A DNA stretch of 62,048 nucleotides, the filler included, from Sphacelaria rigidula (taxonomy: Eukaryota), in NCBI GenBank assembly GCA_964200075.2. It is 8 parts of 8 records of this genome, joined end to end, with 100 filler letters (N's around TTAATTAATTAA, not from the genome) between each part and the next. Parts side by side here need not be neighbours in the genome. Positions count along the whole stretch, not along the records: positions 7,770 to 15,438 come from CAXNAA020013856.1; positions 15,539 to 23,207 come from CAXNAA020013857.1; positions 23,308 to 30,976 come from CAXNAA020013858.1; 5 more parts are not named here. One strand, written 5' to 3'. A program made the translations under genes and the position numbers. Under the pieces are notes generated by a model. That model was not told the DNA's origin and did no database searches. It worked only from the letters and a program-made list of their open reading frames with translations. How positions within the stretch are numbered: the stretch's first letter is position 1; each line of letters begins with the position of its first letter. Below are positions 12,430 through 25,600 of this stretch, in pieces.

Positions 12430-13785
12430 AACTTTTTCGTGAACGAGCTGTCACCGCATAACCAAAGGAAGGGCCCCACAAAATTTCGTCGCAAAAATCG
12501 ATCAACTGATGTTTGAATTTTCATGTTCACGTCAATGAAGGCCCAAAAACGCCGTTTTCGTATTAAAAGCAAGTAGTTTGCGGTATACCCGCGGCAAGTC
12601 ACAGTGCATCGCACAAAAGCGAAAACCTCACGCCTAGTCGTGAACCAGCCTGTGAAAATATCGATATTGACGTTTTTCGTCGATATTTTGAAAAATCGTA
12701 TCGGACCGTCTATTTCGTTCGATTTTCACACTGGTTCGTGCGATACAGGCTCGAACTATGTCATGACTCCTCGGGACATGAAGCACACTCGACACTTGAG
12801 AAGATTCAACCCGTACGAACTATGATTCGTGATTCGTGCGACCCTTCGAAGTATCACGCGTACAACTACTACACTACTACAGTACACACAGCACAGCAGT
12901 GAACTGCGTTGTATACTGTTGTGCACTGAAGCTCTAGATCTCTTGTGCAGATAGAGCAGTTTTGCTGTGTTCAGTACCGATTGTAGCACGACAATACTGA
13001 ATACTACAGTAGTATCGACACGAAACATGAAACATGAAACATGGCATTCCATGTATTGAGTACAGAATAGCACAGTACAGCACCACATACAAAGCAACAG
13101 ATTCGAGCGAACATAGACAACACAACTCAATCTTGTGTTGGGATTGCTCACGATTGTTTCGGTAATGAAATGGCTGTGAAAACCAGCTAGCTGCTCACCC
13201 GCACGCGACCCTGTCTCTTCTTCGCTTGTTCTCTTTGGCTCTCCGTCGGGGACTTTGGCGACTTCTTCTGCTGTCGGAATCGTGGCTGCGGCACCGTTGT
13301 CTGCATTTTACTGTCTGTCTTGCACTGCGCTATCACAGGAAAACCTCACAAAGCGGATTAGAGTGCGATGCACGCACCTCTCACAGGAATGTACCGCAGA
13401 GAGACAGAGAAGTACGTCCAAGGGTCAGTGCAATCACCAAACAGTACAGTGAGTAACACCGCACCTGACACGAAGCTCACCAGGTTCCCAAATGGAAGAT
13501 GACATATTTCAACACTGATCGTTCTTGGATGCTTGGCATGTGTGTACTCGTAGTCATTCCGATTCCCAAAATCAAGGCAGCGGCAGACGACAGACTCACT
13601 CATACACCACGAGCACTGCCTGCTGCAGCTGGGTGTGCGCGAGGGCGATACTCCTCTTCTACAAGCTTCAACGAACAAGAAGATTGAGCTTTCCAATACG
13701 GACGACTTTGCTGGTGACATCTGTATTTACGGCAGAAAACCACAACTTTCACAACGCAACGTCGTGACAGCAGTACCGTAGGACG

Positions 13786-13881
13786 ATGACCGAGGTGGAC
13801 CCTGCATTCGTTGGGGTGGGGCAAACGGAGGAGCTCACCCTGTGGCGCATAGAGAACAAGTTGGTCGTCAATCAACCGCCG
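13786..13881 (+). CDS. Villin/gelsolin-family protein, first coding exon (or orphan exon)
   Basis: ATG...CCG|GTAAGA, 32 codons, MTEVDPAFVGVGQTEELTLWRIENKLVVNQPP. Matches the DPAFxGVGQxxGLxxWRIE start of gelsolin repeat 1. Exon 2 was not found before the contig end. Confidence 0.75.
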
Positions 13882-16039
13882 GTAAGAAAAAAATAATTGG
13901 CGGGTTCACGGGATCGTTTCGTATGTGGTTGCTGTTGGTATGTTCTGCGCTGTCGTACAGTATTTATTCATCCTTGGTCTTTGATCCAGCCGTGTTCCGA
14001 TTGAACCTCCTCCTCAGATGGGCTACTCGACACAGTAAAAAAATCCTGTCATGCCGTCCACCACAAGGGTGCGCATGAGAAAGCGCACGGTCAGAGATGT
14101 GGGTGCACATTCAGTTCCACACGACGCCACCTCTACACTTGCCGTGGTGTGCCATGATATGCTGCACCGTGCCATCTGTGCAGCCCACAGTGTAATTGAG
14201 GGAGAGGGGGTCGGCATCCCAACCGAGTGCAACAGGTTTGTCACCTAGAATAAATTAAAGATTGATGATCTCGGTCGGCGTGATGTCTGAATGGTGGAGG
14301 AGTCAGTGCATTCCGCTGTGGATGTGGAATTCCTGTGCGCGGCCTCCCTCCCTCCCTCTCACCCCCCGCACGCCCACCTGTGAAGTGCATCGACGTATGC
14401 GTCGTCGATATTGATGCACTGCACCGTGTACTCGACTTTATACATCCTGTTCCTCGCTACAACCGGCTTGGGCAAACGAAATTACATTCGACGAGAGTGG
14501 ATCACCAGCCAGCAACCTTACAAATGATTTGACAGAAGCAAAAAGCCGTGATGATAGGAAGTACAACGAGGTCAGTAGGGACAACAATACAACACAGCGC
14601 GTTCATGGTCGCCGCTGCTGTCCCCGCATTACTGTTGCGTAAATGCTGGCGATGATGGGGTGCAACAAGAGTTGTTTTGTCGACCGCATACTGCTTTACC
14701 GCTCAAGCAGTTTCTCTTGTGTACTTCTTCGGGTCGAATGAGAAAATCTGTCGAACCTTTTCTTTCAAAAAGAGAACGAAAGAAAAGTGCTTCCTTCAAG
14801 AGGTGGCATATCTCTCATGTCTCCCGGTTCCTGTACCCTCACAACTTCCCTGCCGCCGATGTTATTCCATTTTTTAGATGGTTTTGGGCGTGAACAGAAA
14901 ACCATCGTGAAAGCATGATGAACGAAGTCTTTGTGCAAAAAAAAACAAGAACAAAAGAAAGCTGCGGGAGTGATGAACAGACGGTACATGGACAGGTGGG
15001 TGAGGTGGGTGAACTGATTCTTCGCCTGCAACACCCCTCGTAGGGCCTCCAGCTTTTTGCAAACTTCGGTCGCCTGGCTTGGTGCTTTGTATAACCATAT
15101 CAGTACCAGCTTAATGACCCGCGGTCGTCTTCTACCGAGCTCTCGAGCAGAGAGTACCTCCCTTCTTCGACACCAACTTCAGTTGACGATGGGCAGCAGA
15201 ATTTCTAGGATTTCGACTTCTCACCCATTCCCGCCGGCCAGTACAGAAAAGCAACGGTCAAGCACGAGAGTGGTGAAATGAAAGGGGGCTAGATGATAAT
15301 CTCGTGAGCCCCCCTTCCCCCCCCTGCGTGCGCCCAAATTTGGGCTTGAAGAAATTGGGTGCTGAGAAGGAGCTGGGAGATATGTCACTCCTTTATGTTC
15401 ACGAGCAGAAGTGTTGAGCGTCACAACTGATTTAATTCNNNNNNNNNNNNNNNNNNNNNNNNNNNNNNNNNNNNNNNNNNNNTTAATTAATTAANNNNNN
15501 NNNNNNNNNNNNNNNNNNNNNNNNNNNNNNNNNNNNNNAATACTAGGATCGCAGCCGGTTTGTCGGACGGTCTCCGGTGCACTTTTTGTGGGGGGGGGCT
15601 ATCTCGGCATTAGTCTTCGCTCATCTCGAAAATGGGCGAAAAAAGGATCGATCTTGAACAGCTTCTTCTTCTGCTGTTCTAAATAAATCCTTTTCTTTGC
15701 CGAAATTAATCGGGCGGGAAAAGGATCTGTTTTGGATCTAGCTTGACCTGCTGTCCAAAATAAATTCCTTTTCGCTCGACTCTAATCGGGTGAAGAGAAT
15801 TTTTCCTCGGACAGGAGGACAATGTATTGAAGATATATATATTTACAGATTTTGTACCAAAATATCTGGAATTTTCGAAAAAAAAACACTAGAGGTTTTT
15901 TCACCGAAACACTACCACATGACTGTGCAGGGCTTTGCCGACGTCCCTATCCAGGGCTGAAAATCCATCCCTGGGGAAAACCCTATCAAAACGCTGCCAT
16001 GGGTACAGATTTTGCATTTCACTGTCAGGGTTTTTCACA

Positions 16040-16378
16040 AAGACTGTGGAGGACCCTTTACGGACCCTGCACAGTGCGCCCCACAGGGTGCTATCTGTCC
16101 ACGTGTGACGGGATGCGTCCGTGGCCTCAAGGGGCCAACCCATCTCTCCCCCGGTACGTGCCTTTCACTTTGGTTTCGCGGATTGGGCCAGCACTCTCGC
16201 ACCGCGCCAACTTACGCCACACAAACCCAGGCGACTACTTTGTTTAGTCACGTTCTCACGCTTTCCGCGGTGGAAATCATACGTGACGAAGAAAATACCC
16301 AAAGCATCGGGAATCGAACCCCCGTTCTCTCCACCCTAATGGCGACAGTTGGACCACTACACCACGGGGGCGCGACGG
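16040..16378 (-). mobile_element. tRNA-derived SINE family 2
   Basis: Reverse complement reads GCCCCCGTGGTGTAGTGGT (box A)...GGTTCGATTCCC (box B). Body homologous to 21942-22211. Confidence 0.8.
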
Positions 16379-16719
16379 TATGTTCGGACCGTGTTGAGAA
16401 GTTTTCATACTTTCGATGGAAATTCCCTCGAACTGTCCCGCTACAATATCACGACTCGTTTTTGCCGCACACCACCCACATTCGGATACATTAAGCTCTT
16501 CTTTAACGAGTGTTTATTCGCGCCGAAAGGCGGTGTGCGCGTCCCAGCAGTACTGTATCAACTACCCAGACACAAAGCCAAAAACAATTGCAGGGGAAGG
16601 CTAGGTTTTTGCTTCTTAGGCGCGCATATAATTTCGCATAAAACGGGGTTTTGCGCATAAGCATATGCATTTTTCTAGAAACATGTGGTTTAGGAGATTT
16701 CAGCATAACAAAGGCATAA

Positions 16720-17818
16720 TAGAGAGTTTCGGAAAACGTTTTTCCAAATCTTAGACTCAAAGTGGAAGGAAAAATAGCCGGTAACGGTGCACTTTCAGAG
16801 TCTTTTCAGAGCGATTTTTTCAGAGTCAGAGTGCCGTTTACACCACCTCACTCTGAAAGCCGTTGTTCCTCTTCAGAGCTCATAGCGGAATGAAGAAGAA
16901 CCACACCCACCTTCACCGCCATGGTCACGTCCAGTCCAAAGTCAACACACCCTAACACGCAAAGTAGGACATGTATCATCCATCAAAACTGCCATACTCA
17001 TCCCAATGAGCCATTCACGAAGTAGAAACGCTTGGCATGGCAATCAGAAGACCTCCCTGACGCCGCCATGGTATCAGCATTCGCTTGGTTGTGTTGCGTG
17101 AATATTCCAATGCTCGACGGGCACACCTTGACTTGGGTGCACTTCCTCACTCTTGCCAGCCTCAGCTGTAAGAAGACGGCGTGAACGATCCGTAGTCTGC
17201 AACGCACAAGCAGTACTACACCTGGCTATATTGGCATTTCGTTAGAGGTCATCACTTCTTGCACCACACTTATGGGTGGCATGTTGAGAAATCATCACGA
17301 TGCGGCCTTGTCTGTTGTTTGAAAGTGCTGCCTACTACTGTACTGTTGTGCTGCCGTATTAGTGTACAACTGACTGTCTGTACGGCATCGCTGTAGTCCA
17401 CCGTACCGCGATATACTGTTGTAGGGTTCTGCGTTGTACTCTCTACACTGCACTGGCTGAAATCTACACTGCACAGCCCTACAGTACTACAGTACTACAG
17501 TGTGGTGCACCGTGGTGGATTGAAGTACTACAGGTGCAATGAAGCGTGGTGTACGGTACGTACGGTGCCGCAGAGTATGGTACAGCAAATGCTGTCTTGA
17601 CTGGTGCATTTTTGGACTGGAGCTGACTGCACGCTGGGCGATCGCACATTTATTTGGCGGCACAACCTGCGGTCAATCATTGCGGGGAAAACAAGTCCAC
17701 ATCAAGTCACGTCACATCAGCTTCCGCTATGGACTTTTTAGCGTTCACTCTGAAGTTTCAACACTTCCACTCTGACTTTGACTCTATGATCAGAACCAAA
17801 ATCTTCCGAAACTCTCTA
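16720..17818. mobile_element. 1.1-kb non-autonomous hAT-like DNA transposon
   Basis: Perfect 15-bp TIR TAGAGAGTTTCGGAA / TTCCGAAACTCTCTA, extending imperfectly to ~50 bp, with subterminal TCAGAG (left) and CTCTGA (right) motifs. No TSD seen. Confidence 0.65.
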
Positions 17819-20566
17819 ATAGCTCAGTTTTACGCGTAACTTGGCGCATATTGTACGCCAACGGGATTATGCACCTCATGTTCAGCAGCTAGTACCTGCC
17901 CACGGGTGCTCCACGTACAGCGTACAGCCGACATAACAAAATGCACCAACAGTACTACAGCAGTAAGCACTATACTACTCAGGCAGAGCAGAAAGAGGTC
18001 GAGGTGACCGAGGTGCGGACTCCGGCGCCCCAACAGCGCGACGCGAAGGAGACCGCTGAGGAGCAGAGGGCGAGAGAAAAAGAGCAGAGCTTTTTCTATT
18101 ATTATTTATTTATTTATTTTGACTTTTATTACTTTTTTATTATTATTTCCGTTGCGGGCTTCAACATCCAATGAACCAAGAAAAAAACGAGTGAACCTTC
18201 CTTCCGAGCAATCGTGCAATCTCGAAATGTTCAACGTGCAGTCTTGTTTTCTTGCTGGAATGTACGTTCCATGGGCGGTGCCGCCAGGAACCGTCAGGAA
18301 CCACCTCAAGAATGACGCGAGAAAGGCGCACAAGTCACGCATACTTCAACAAAATACGCATAAACCGGCGCATAATATTCACTTTTGAACATGAAAAAAA
18401 AAAAAACACGCATCGAAAAAAAAAAAAATGGGCATAAGCAGCAAAAGCCTAGGGAAGACACCATACATCACCAACCCGAACTTTCGGGCAGGATTTCGCT
18501 GCATCTTTAGAAGACGGTTTATGCTAGATGCGTCGCGACGAGGAATGGTGGATGTATTGTATATGCTGCCCATTATCAGGGCTTTCATTCAAGCTATGGG
18601 TCGTTGCTGAACTTCCGATACATCAAGAGATATGTTAACATATGATCGGTACCAAATCACAATTGTTTGGATTTTTTTCCATGTTTGTAACGAAGAAAAT
18701 GACTGAATACTTACGTAATTTAATTCAATGCATTTTATTCGATTCAATGCAGAGGTTACCCTACGGGCGCGGAGTCCCATTTCTCCGTGCTGTTCACAAT
18801 AGCCGAGACTCGGGCCTACTTTCTCTGCCTGCAGCTTCGCCACATTGCTCCTGTTCACCTTTAGGGTTGGCTTCCTAGGTGAGACTGGTTTCATGGCCAT
18901 CGAGGTCTATGCTTCCAGCCGCGAAAGTAGGGCAGGTACCTGTATCATTTAACACCTGCATGCCGTTTCTCACCTAGCTAGTCTAGGACTGGCGACGTGT
19001 TCACCGGATGCTGCAGTAGAGTTAAATGCATCCGGGCTAGGGATGTTTCTTGGATATGGCCATCTGCGTCCCAGCCAACCTCCTCTGTTGTCCTGGCATC
19101 TCATGTTGAACCTCGACCTACTGCTGGGCGACCGTATTCCTCAGACTGCGAGCGTCGCTTCGTAACAATTTCACCGGTAGACAGTCCAGGAACATGCAGG
19201 GGTTTTTAGTGAGCAGGGTGCTGGTCGTTTTCGGGACTGGGGGAGGCGGGGGAGAAGGGGGGGAAGGGGGGGATAAGTGCCCGTCCGCAGAATAGCCGTA
19301 AAACGCACGAAGTCGGCCAAGTATGTTCGAAAGAGTCCAGCAGAGAATTTAGAGTCACCAAAAACGCTCGAGACTGGCGGTGACCATTCTGATCAGCCAT
19401 AGCCAACAAAATTGTGACATTGTTCTCCAGGTGGAGCACAGGTACGGCGCCTCTATTCGAATTGTTGTGGAGTCGAAGAGGTCGGACGGAGAAGAAGAAT
19501 TTCGGTCCGATCAGTCAGCACAGGTCGTCATTTGTGTCCACGCCATTTCATGTTTATCCGTCAGATCTCGAGGGTAGCCCATCTGAACTATGGATACTTT
19601 TTTCAAGTTAAGTTGATGCCGGTGATGATCAAACGTCTAACACTTGGACGACGAGAGGAGATCATGAGTATAAATCGGCGTCGATTCCACTAGGAAAAGG
19701 TATGCATGATCCATGAACTACCCTCGCGGTCTAAGGGCGCCTCTTTGTACTTTTTTTCGATCGGAAAAGTGCGGTCGATTTATTTTTTTGCGATGTGATA
19801 GGCCTACCGCATTTCTGTTCTTGGGGGGCTTCGACCCGAAATCAGAATTAGTGGCGCGTGGAGGAAACATACACAAGGCAAACAAGAAGCTTTTTCGATC
19901 AAAACCCTGTAGTCGAAAGGCACGAAAAGCTACTTGACTCCAACCTTACAGACCACCACGCCAGATAACACCAGTTCACTAAACCGTGCAAAGCCTCATA
20001 ACTCATTCTCAGCTACCACCGCAGCCCTGGAGCATAGAGTACGAGCAAGCACAGGAAAAAATATACACTGGTGCTTGGGTATGCCTTGATTTTTCATGTC
20101 GGCGAAAACTTGAGCATCTTCTTCCATGGTAGGGATCAGCGATGGAACGGTGTGGTAGGGTGGGCAACCGGATTGCGTCGCAGTCATGGACAGTGCAGGC
20201 CGTTTCAAACTGCACGTTGTATGGGCTATTCTCACGTCCCATGGTGAGCAGATAGAACAGGCTGTCCTGCGCTGTCTGTACCCCACGTTGCCCGCGTATT
20301 CTCTAGGTGTTCCCACTCTACGCAACACACACACATACACCCAGACACACTGCATACGAACAGTGCAGAAAGTACAAACTGTCTGTACTGTACACAACAG
20401 ACCAAGTACCGTTTACAGTAAATGGGTGTGTGACAGAGTACAGCACAGCTGCTTGAGGGACACAATGGCACAATATGGGCATGTTTCCGCCACTTCTAGG
20501 TATAACGCCGCCTTCGCTTTACACGTCTCCTTGCCAGGCTCCAACATTTTCCTCAGTTGTTTGTCG

Positions 20567-20584
20567 TTAGGGTTAGGGTTAGGG
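20567..20584 (+). repeat. Interstitial telomeric tract (TTAGGG)3
   Basis: Read directly from the sequence. Confidence 0.8.
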
Positions 20585-21941
20585 CGTCCTCCGGCGTGTC
20601 GTTTATTTTTTACTTCCCCCAGACCGGAATGTCCGGATAGGCGACGTCTTGGCCGTGTTTCGCGATCACGTGCAGCCTGTTGACCTGATCTAGACTCGAA
20701 AACTATGACCAAATTGGATTGCACGCGCGTCGGAGGTGAATGCGCGACACGCGGTTCCTAGTCACGTCGCGAAGAGAGGACGCAATAATGTGTAATACAC
20801 TTCACGCATTCACTGTAGACGTGTGAAAACGATGGTACGAGATCCCGCGAAAAACCCCACCCCTCAGACTCTCAGCGATTCACACTTTGCATGATCCCAA
20901 ACGAAGGATTCGAAGCGCGATTCGCATTCTGTCTGGCATGCCATGCCCGTTTCTTTCGAAATCTCCGCGTCGTGACTTGAAGGGTGGGAGGTGACAAGTC
21001 GACCCCCGAGTGATCGCCTCCTCACACGCCCGTCCCACAACTTAGGGTACCGAAGGGCAGTACGTTGTCTGGGTATAATGGTCGCTGTGACGGCTTTACA
21101 GTTGGGTTTGTTACGAAGTCAGAGGGCAGACTTAGCCGACGTCAAGATAGAATAACGAGTTCTTTACTTGAAATGGGCCGAAATATACCCAAGCATCGCA
21201 CCTCTTCTACTATTTCGAAGCACTCGTAGAAGGTTTTGGCCGTTGTCGAGCCGAAACAGCGCTGGTTTTACCAGCAAGGTTTGTCAGTGAAGAAGGCAGG
21301 GGTCAACACACGGTTATACGTAAAACTAGTGGTTGATTCGCGATCGTGATTATTGTTCACTGGTTTTTTAGAATGTTGTTTCTCTCTGGAGTTTAGAAAG
21401 GGGGGTGTGCGACCAAGTATTTGTTTTCATTCGTACGAAGCGAGCATCGAATGTAGACAAGATATGCTTTCAACCGTTATATGTCCCTAAAAATGTATAA
21501 ACGAGCGCTACATGTCTCTAAAAAGCTCGTTCAAGCAACCGTTGCTCCTTTCAACGACGATTTGACATAGAATTTCGTGCAAGAAGTGGCCCAAAATCCC
21601 CCCCCCCCCCTATCGTAGGATGACTCTACACGGGATGGTAAAATATGTGAGACAAGTAAAGATATGATAGAGGCGTCATGAACCTAGCTTGTCAATGCCC
21701 GGAATAGTTGTAGGAGATGGTTCTTACCATACTGGCATCTCTTGATAATTTTATTCCTCCCGAAGGTCAAGATAGGGTGGGGGGAGAGGAGGGGGGGCTC
21801 TCGGTCGATGGGCACGAAAAGTAGTATATATGCACATATACTACAACTAAGGCGTCACATACGTCGATTGTCAATGACTTGTGTGGATATTGAGGATGGT
21901 CTTCGGTCTAGTGGGGGCTTTTTTTTTTTTTCTGTGTTGAA

Positions 21942-22211
21942 GCCGCCGCGCCCCGGTGGTGTAATGGTCCGACCGTCACCATAAGGGTGGAGAGAACGAG
22001 GTTTCGATTCCCGACGCGTTGGGTTTTTGCTTTGTATTGTCTGATTTTCACCGTGGAAAGCGTGAGAACATGAGTAAACAAAGTAGTTGACTGAGTTCGT
22101 TTGACGTGAGTTGACGCGGTGCGGGAGTGCTGACCCAATCCGCGAGACCAAAATCCAAGGCGTGTACCAAGGAGAGATATGTTGATCCCTTGAGACCACG
22201 GACTCGTCCCG
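21942..22211 (+). mobile_element. tRNA-derived SINE family 2, second copy (3' truncated)
   Basis: GCCCCGGTGGTGTAATGGT...GTTTCGATTCCC head plus ~200 bp collinear with the reverse complement of 16110-16378. Confidence 0.8.
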
Positions 22212-24589
22212 AGCAATGGGAGGGGTTCAAACTGCGAGAAAACAAAAACGAAAAATATAATAATAAAAACGTTTAACGTAAATAATATGGTGTTTGTGTG
22301 GGGATTTTTAGTTGAGGGCCACGATTAGCACTATATACTGTATATGTATGACAGAGGCGTCATAGTGCTTCTCAGTGGCTTGAATCGGTGTATGCGGCAT
22401 GCTCTTTGTTGTTGTTGAAGGTGAGAATGGTGTGTTTGTGGAAGGGGGGTCCTGCGGTTGATGGCGACAAGTATTTTAAATATTTATTTAGTAATATATG
22501 GTGAAGCCATGGTATTGATTTGATTTGATTGGTTGTCACACTTTAACTGACCCCCCAGGGGTCCAGCCGTGGTCTCATGATAGACGTACCCAAGAAAAAC
22601 GAACGTGGCATATGAACGACGTCAATTACTGTACGGGATGGTTTTCACTTGAGTATGGCCTTTATTTCTTGCGTGAAGGTGAGATGACCAAGTACTATAC
22701 CTATACACACACATATATATATGTGCGGAAGATACCTCTTTGCAGTGACATACCAGAGACTGATGTCACACATGTATGAAGAACCAGCGCAAGCAGGGAC
22801 AAGGTAGGAACGGTCCGGAAGGATCGGGTTACCGAGGACCCTGTAATGCCGACGTAACTAAACAACTCGGGGTGATGCCAGGAAGAATCTAATTTTAGGA
22901 CGGTCCGACATTCCCCGAGGTCCTGGTTGCCCCTGGCGACCACCTCCAGTCTGACCCAACTTCTTGGCTACATACTTCATCTGTCCCATAAGGAAAGGTA
23001 CCTAAATTTGTACGGGCCCTTAACAATGTCCGATCTTTTTTTTTTTTAAACGAACTCTACGGTGTTTTTGGGGTAAAGAAAACGTGTTTCAAATTTGCAG
23101 CTCGTGCTTGAACCATGCCGCCGAACGGCTGCAAAATTAAACAGCCGATCATCTATGTTGAGGATGGTGCTTTTCATTGAGGATGAGAACCCGGAGGATT
23201 AAAAAGANNNNNNNNNNNNNNNNNNNNNNNNNNNNNNNNNNNNNNNNNNNNTTAATTAATTAANNNNNNNNNNNNNNNNNNNNNNNNNNNNNNNNNNNNN
23301 NNNNNNNGGGGGGGGGGGGGGGTGGGGTGGGGGGGGGGGGGGGGGGGGGGGGGGGTGGGGGGAGGGGGGGGTGAACTCATGATCTTGCATGCCGTAGTTG
23401 GGCGAGAGAGCATTTCTGCCTTGACTAGAAAGTATGATCAGCATGCTCGTGGAAACCAGGTCGTCGCTCTATTTTCGTCACGTCCTCCACCATACATTCT
23501 AGCCTTTTGCAGCTTTCACCTGATCGATAGATTATTCACGAAAGATCGATCCGTAAAAAAACGACTGAGCTACAGGAGATCAACTGGAAGCTGAAAAGGT
23601 CCCGGCGCGCGACCTCTCCGACTACCTTATCACGTACTGGTGTCTAGACAGTAAATGATGCCAATCGACGCAAAAAAAGTGAATAGGCTGTTTGAGGAAA
23701 TCATGAAGACCTCAGACAATAACTCCCCAATCCCTTTTTTGACCTGGAATGCTCCGCCCAAATAAAATGCTTTTACAATTGAATCTCTTGACGGGTTGGT
23801 CCCAGGCGCAGGCAACACCCTCCCCGTTCACACGTACCCTATCGCAGTGGCCTTGTCCTCCTGCTTTGAAGGCGAACTCTCTAAACCTTGAAAATATAAA
23901 TTCCGGTTTACTGATCTGACCGCGGAACGTGCACTGAAATGGCCACTGCAGTATGATGCATTTGGGTTGGAGGCACCTAACGCAACAATCGGCGCTCGAA
24001 TCGCGCACTTACTCGTTGAGAATCGCCCGAATGAACCCATCCCTCGATTGAGTATGTCCGGAGCAACGCCCCGTCCTCAATTAATTCAAGTGGAAAAAAA
24101 TGACAGCCAGAAGGGGCTCGGGTGGAGACGTCGGGGGGCAGGTCTGAATCGGTCGCTGAGTAAGTTTAATTGGGTGAAAGCGCATGTGCAAGTATGATGC
24201 ACTCTGACATTTTCACTTAAAAAAAGCGCCGTCGCTTGTGTACGTACATAGCAGCCGCACAACGAACCCAAGGTGAAGAATATGGCGTGTACTGGAATAA
24301 ATATGGGTGCGCCTGACCCCCCAAAGTGGGCGAAACAAGTGTCACCGACCAAAATCACGAAGAGACACGAACGTATCGACTTTTGGGGCTTATCCAGGCT
24401 TGTCGGGTAAAATATGCCCTACGTCATCCGAAGAGAACGACATGGATTCAAAATTCATGTGGAGAAGAAGTTAACTGCGTTCCAAAATCAGAACCCTACT
24501 ATTACTTCCGTTATTGTTTCTCATATATTGCATGCCACTGCGTCGCTTTTCGTCCGCGCTTGCGATACGCTGGAACGCCAGGAGGCTAG

Positions 24590-24760
24590 TTGGGTTGACC
24601 CAACCCAACGCACACCGAGAACCCTCGGGCAAGGGCGGTACATACATTCCCTTAACAAAGTGAGGCCTTGGTAGACCCCATATCGGCGCCTGTGGCGCCG
24701 ATTTTAACGAAAACACGTTCTGCTCACACGAAGAGCCCACGGGACTGTCGGTCCTACTTG
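24590..24760 (-). repeat. TTAGGG-tailed dispersed repeat, copy b (inverted relative to copy c)
   Basis: GCACACCGAGAACCCTCGGGCAAGGG...GGCGCCTGTGGCGCCGATTTTAACGAAAACACGTTCTGCTCACACG aligns with the reverse complement of 4680-4830 and 25445-25575. The tail is degenerate (ACCCAACCCAAC). Confidence 0.7.
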
Positions 24761-24794
24761 AATTCTGATTCTCCTTGTTTACACTCAAATCAAG

Positions 24795-25105
24795 TAATAT
24801 CAACCACGGACATTTGTAGCCCAACGCCCGCAAGTGAAACCAGAACGCTGAACCATTTATTTCTGGGAACGCGGATCGAAATTGGGGCAAAATCATATGC
24901 TCAATATGCGACAGAACCATATGTACTGATGAACTTCAACGAGGACGGCCCTTACACAGACGAGTGGAGTACAGTCGCCGGGTGTGTCATGTAGGCTAGG
25001 CGGATGTTGGTCGACCTGCTCGTCATGTTTTGAGGAGCTCGATTTATGGGATCCCATCGTTCCACAATTTAGCGGATGAATGACTCGCCTTGTGCAAGCG
25101 TATCG
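24795..25105 (+). pseudogene. Decayed exon resembling the C-terminus of GT-B fold fucosyltransferases
   Basis: ...LFLGTR...M*ARRMLVDLLVMF*GARFMGSHRST(+1)FSG*MTRL resembles the DxxxxSRxxxFxGxxxSTFS motif of GT23/GT65/GT68 enzymes. Three stops and one frameshift. Confidence 0.4.
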
Positions 25106-25439
25106 GCTGTTCCGTGGGCATGCTTTTTCATTTCATGAATATGCATGATAACCATCGGACTCCAAAGATATCGTGCTCCAAGAGGAAATGAAAACAAACC
25201 GTCGGCCGTCACCCACCACTGCCGATACAACAGACGCGTGTCTTAAGACGGGTGGGTGCATTGAAAGACATGAAAGGGGCTTCGGTGCCATGTGGCTTCA
25301 GCAAAAGTGGGCCAACGACTTTGTGCTGTCTTTTGTGTCGTCTTGACGCAGTATAGTTGACCATTCGGGAGGGTAAGTTGGTCCAACTTGATTTTAGTGT
25401 GAACACCGAAATCCGGATCTTTTCATGGTAGCTGTGCCC

Positions 25440-25600
25440 CTAGCATGCTCCTAGCGTGCGAACAACGCGTTTTTGTCTGAATCGGCGCCTGGGGCACTGA
25501 TTTGAGGTCTGGCAACGCACGCTTCGCCTAGGGAACACGTTGCACCTGCCTTGCCCGAGGATTCTTGGTATGCCCTTGTAGTGGTTAGGGTTAGGGTTGG
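25440..25600 (+). repeat. TTAGGG-tailed dispersed repeat, copy c
   Basis: Collinear with 4700-4865 and ends GGTTAGGGTTAGGGTTGG. Confidence 0.75.

Noticed and set aside
19431..19523. Exon-like stretch VEHRYGASIRIVVESKRSDGEEEFRSDQSAQ
   Set aside because: The acceptor is plausible, but no neighbouring exons or family motif could be established.
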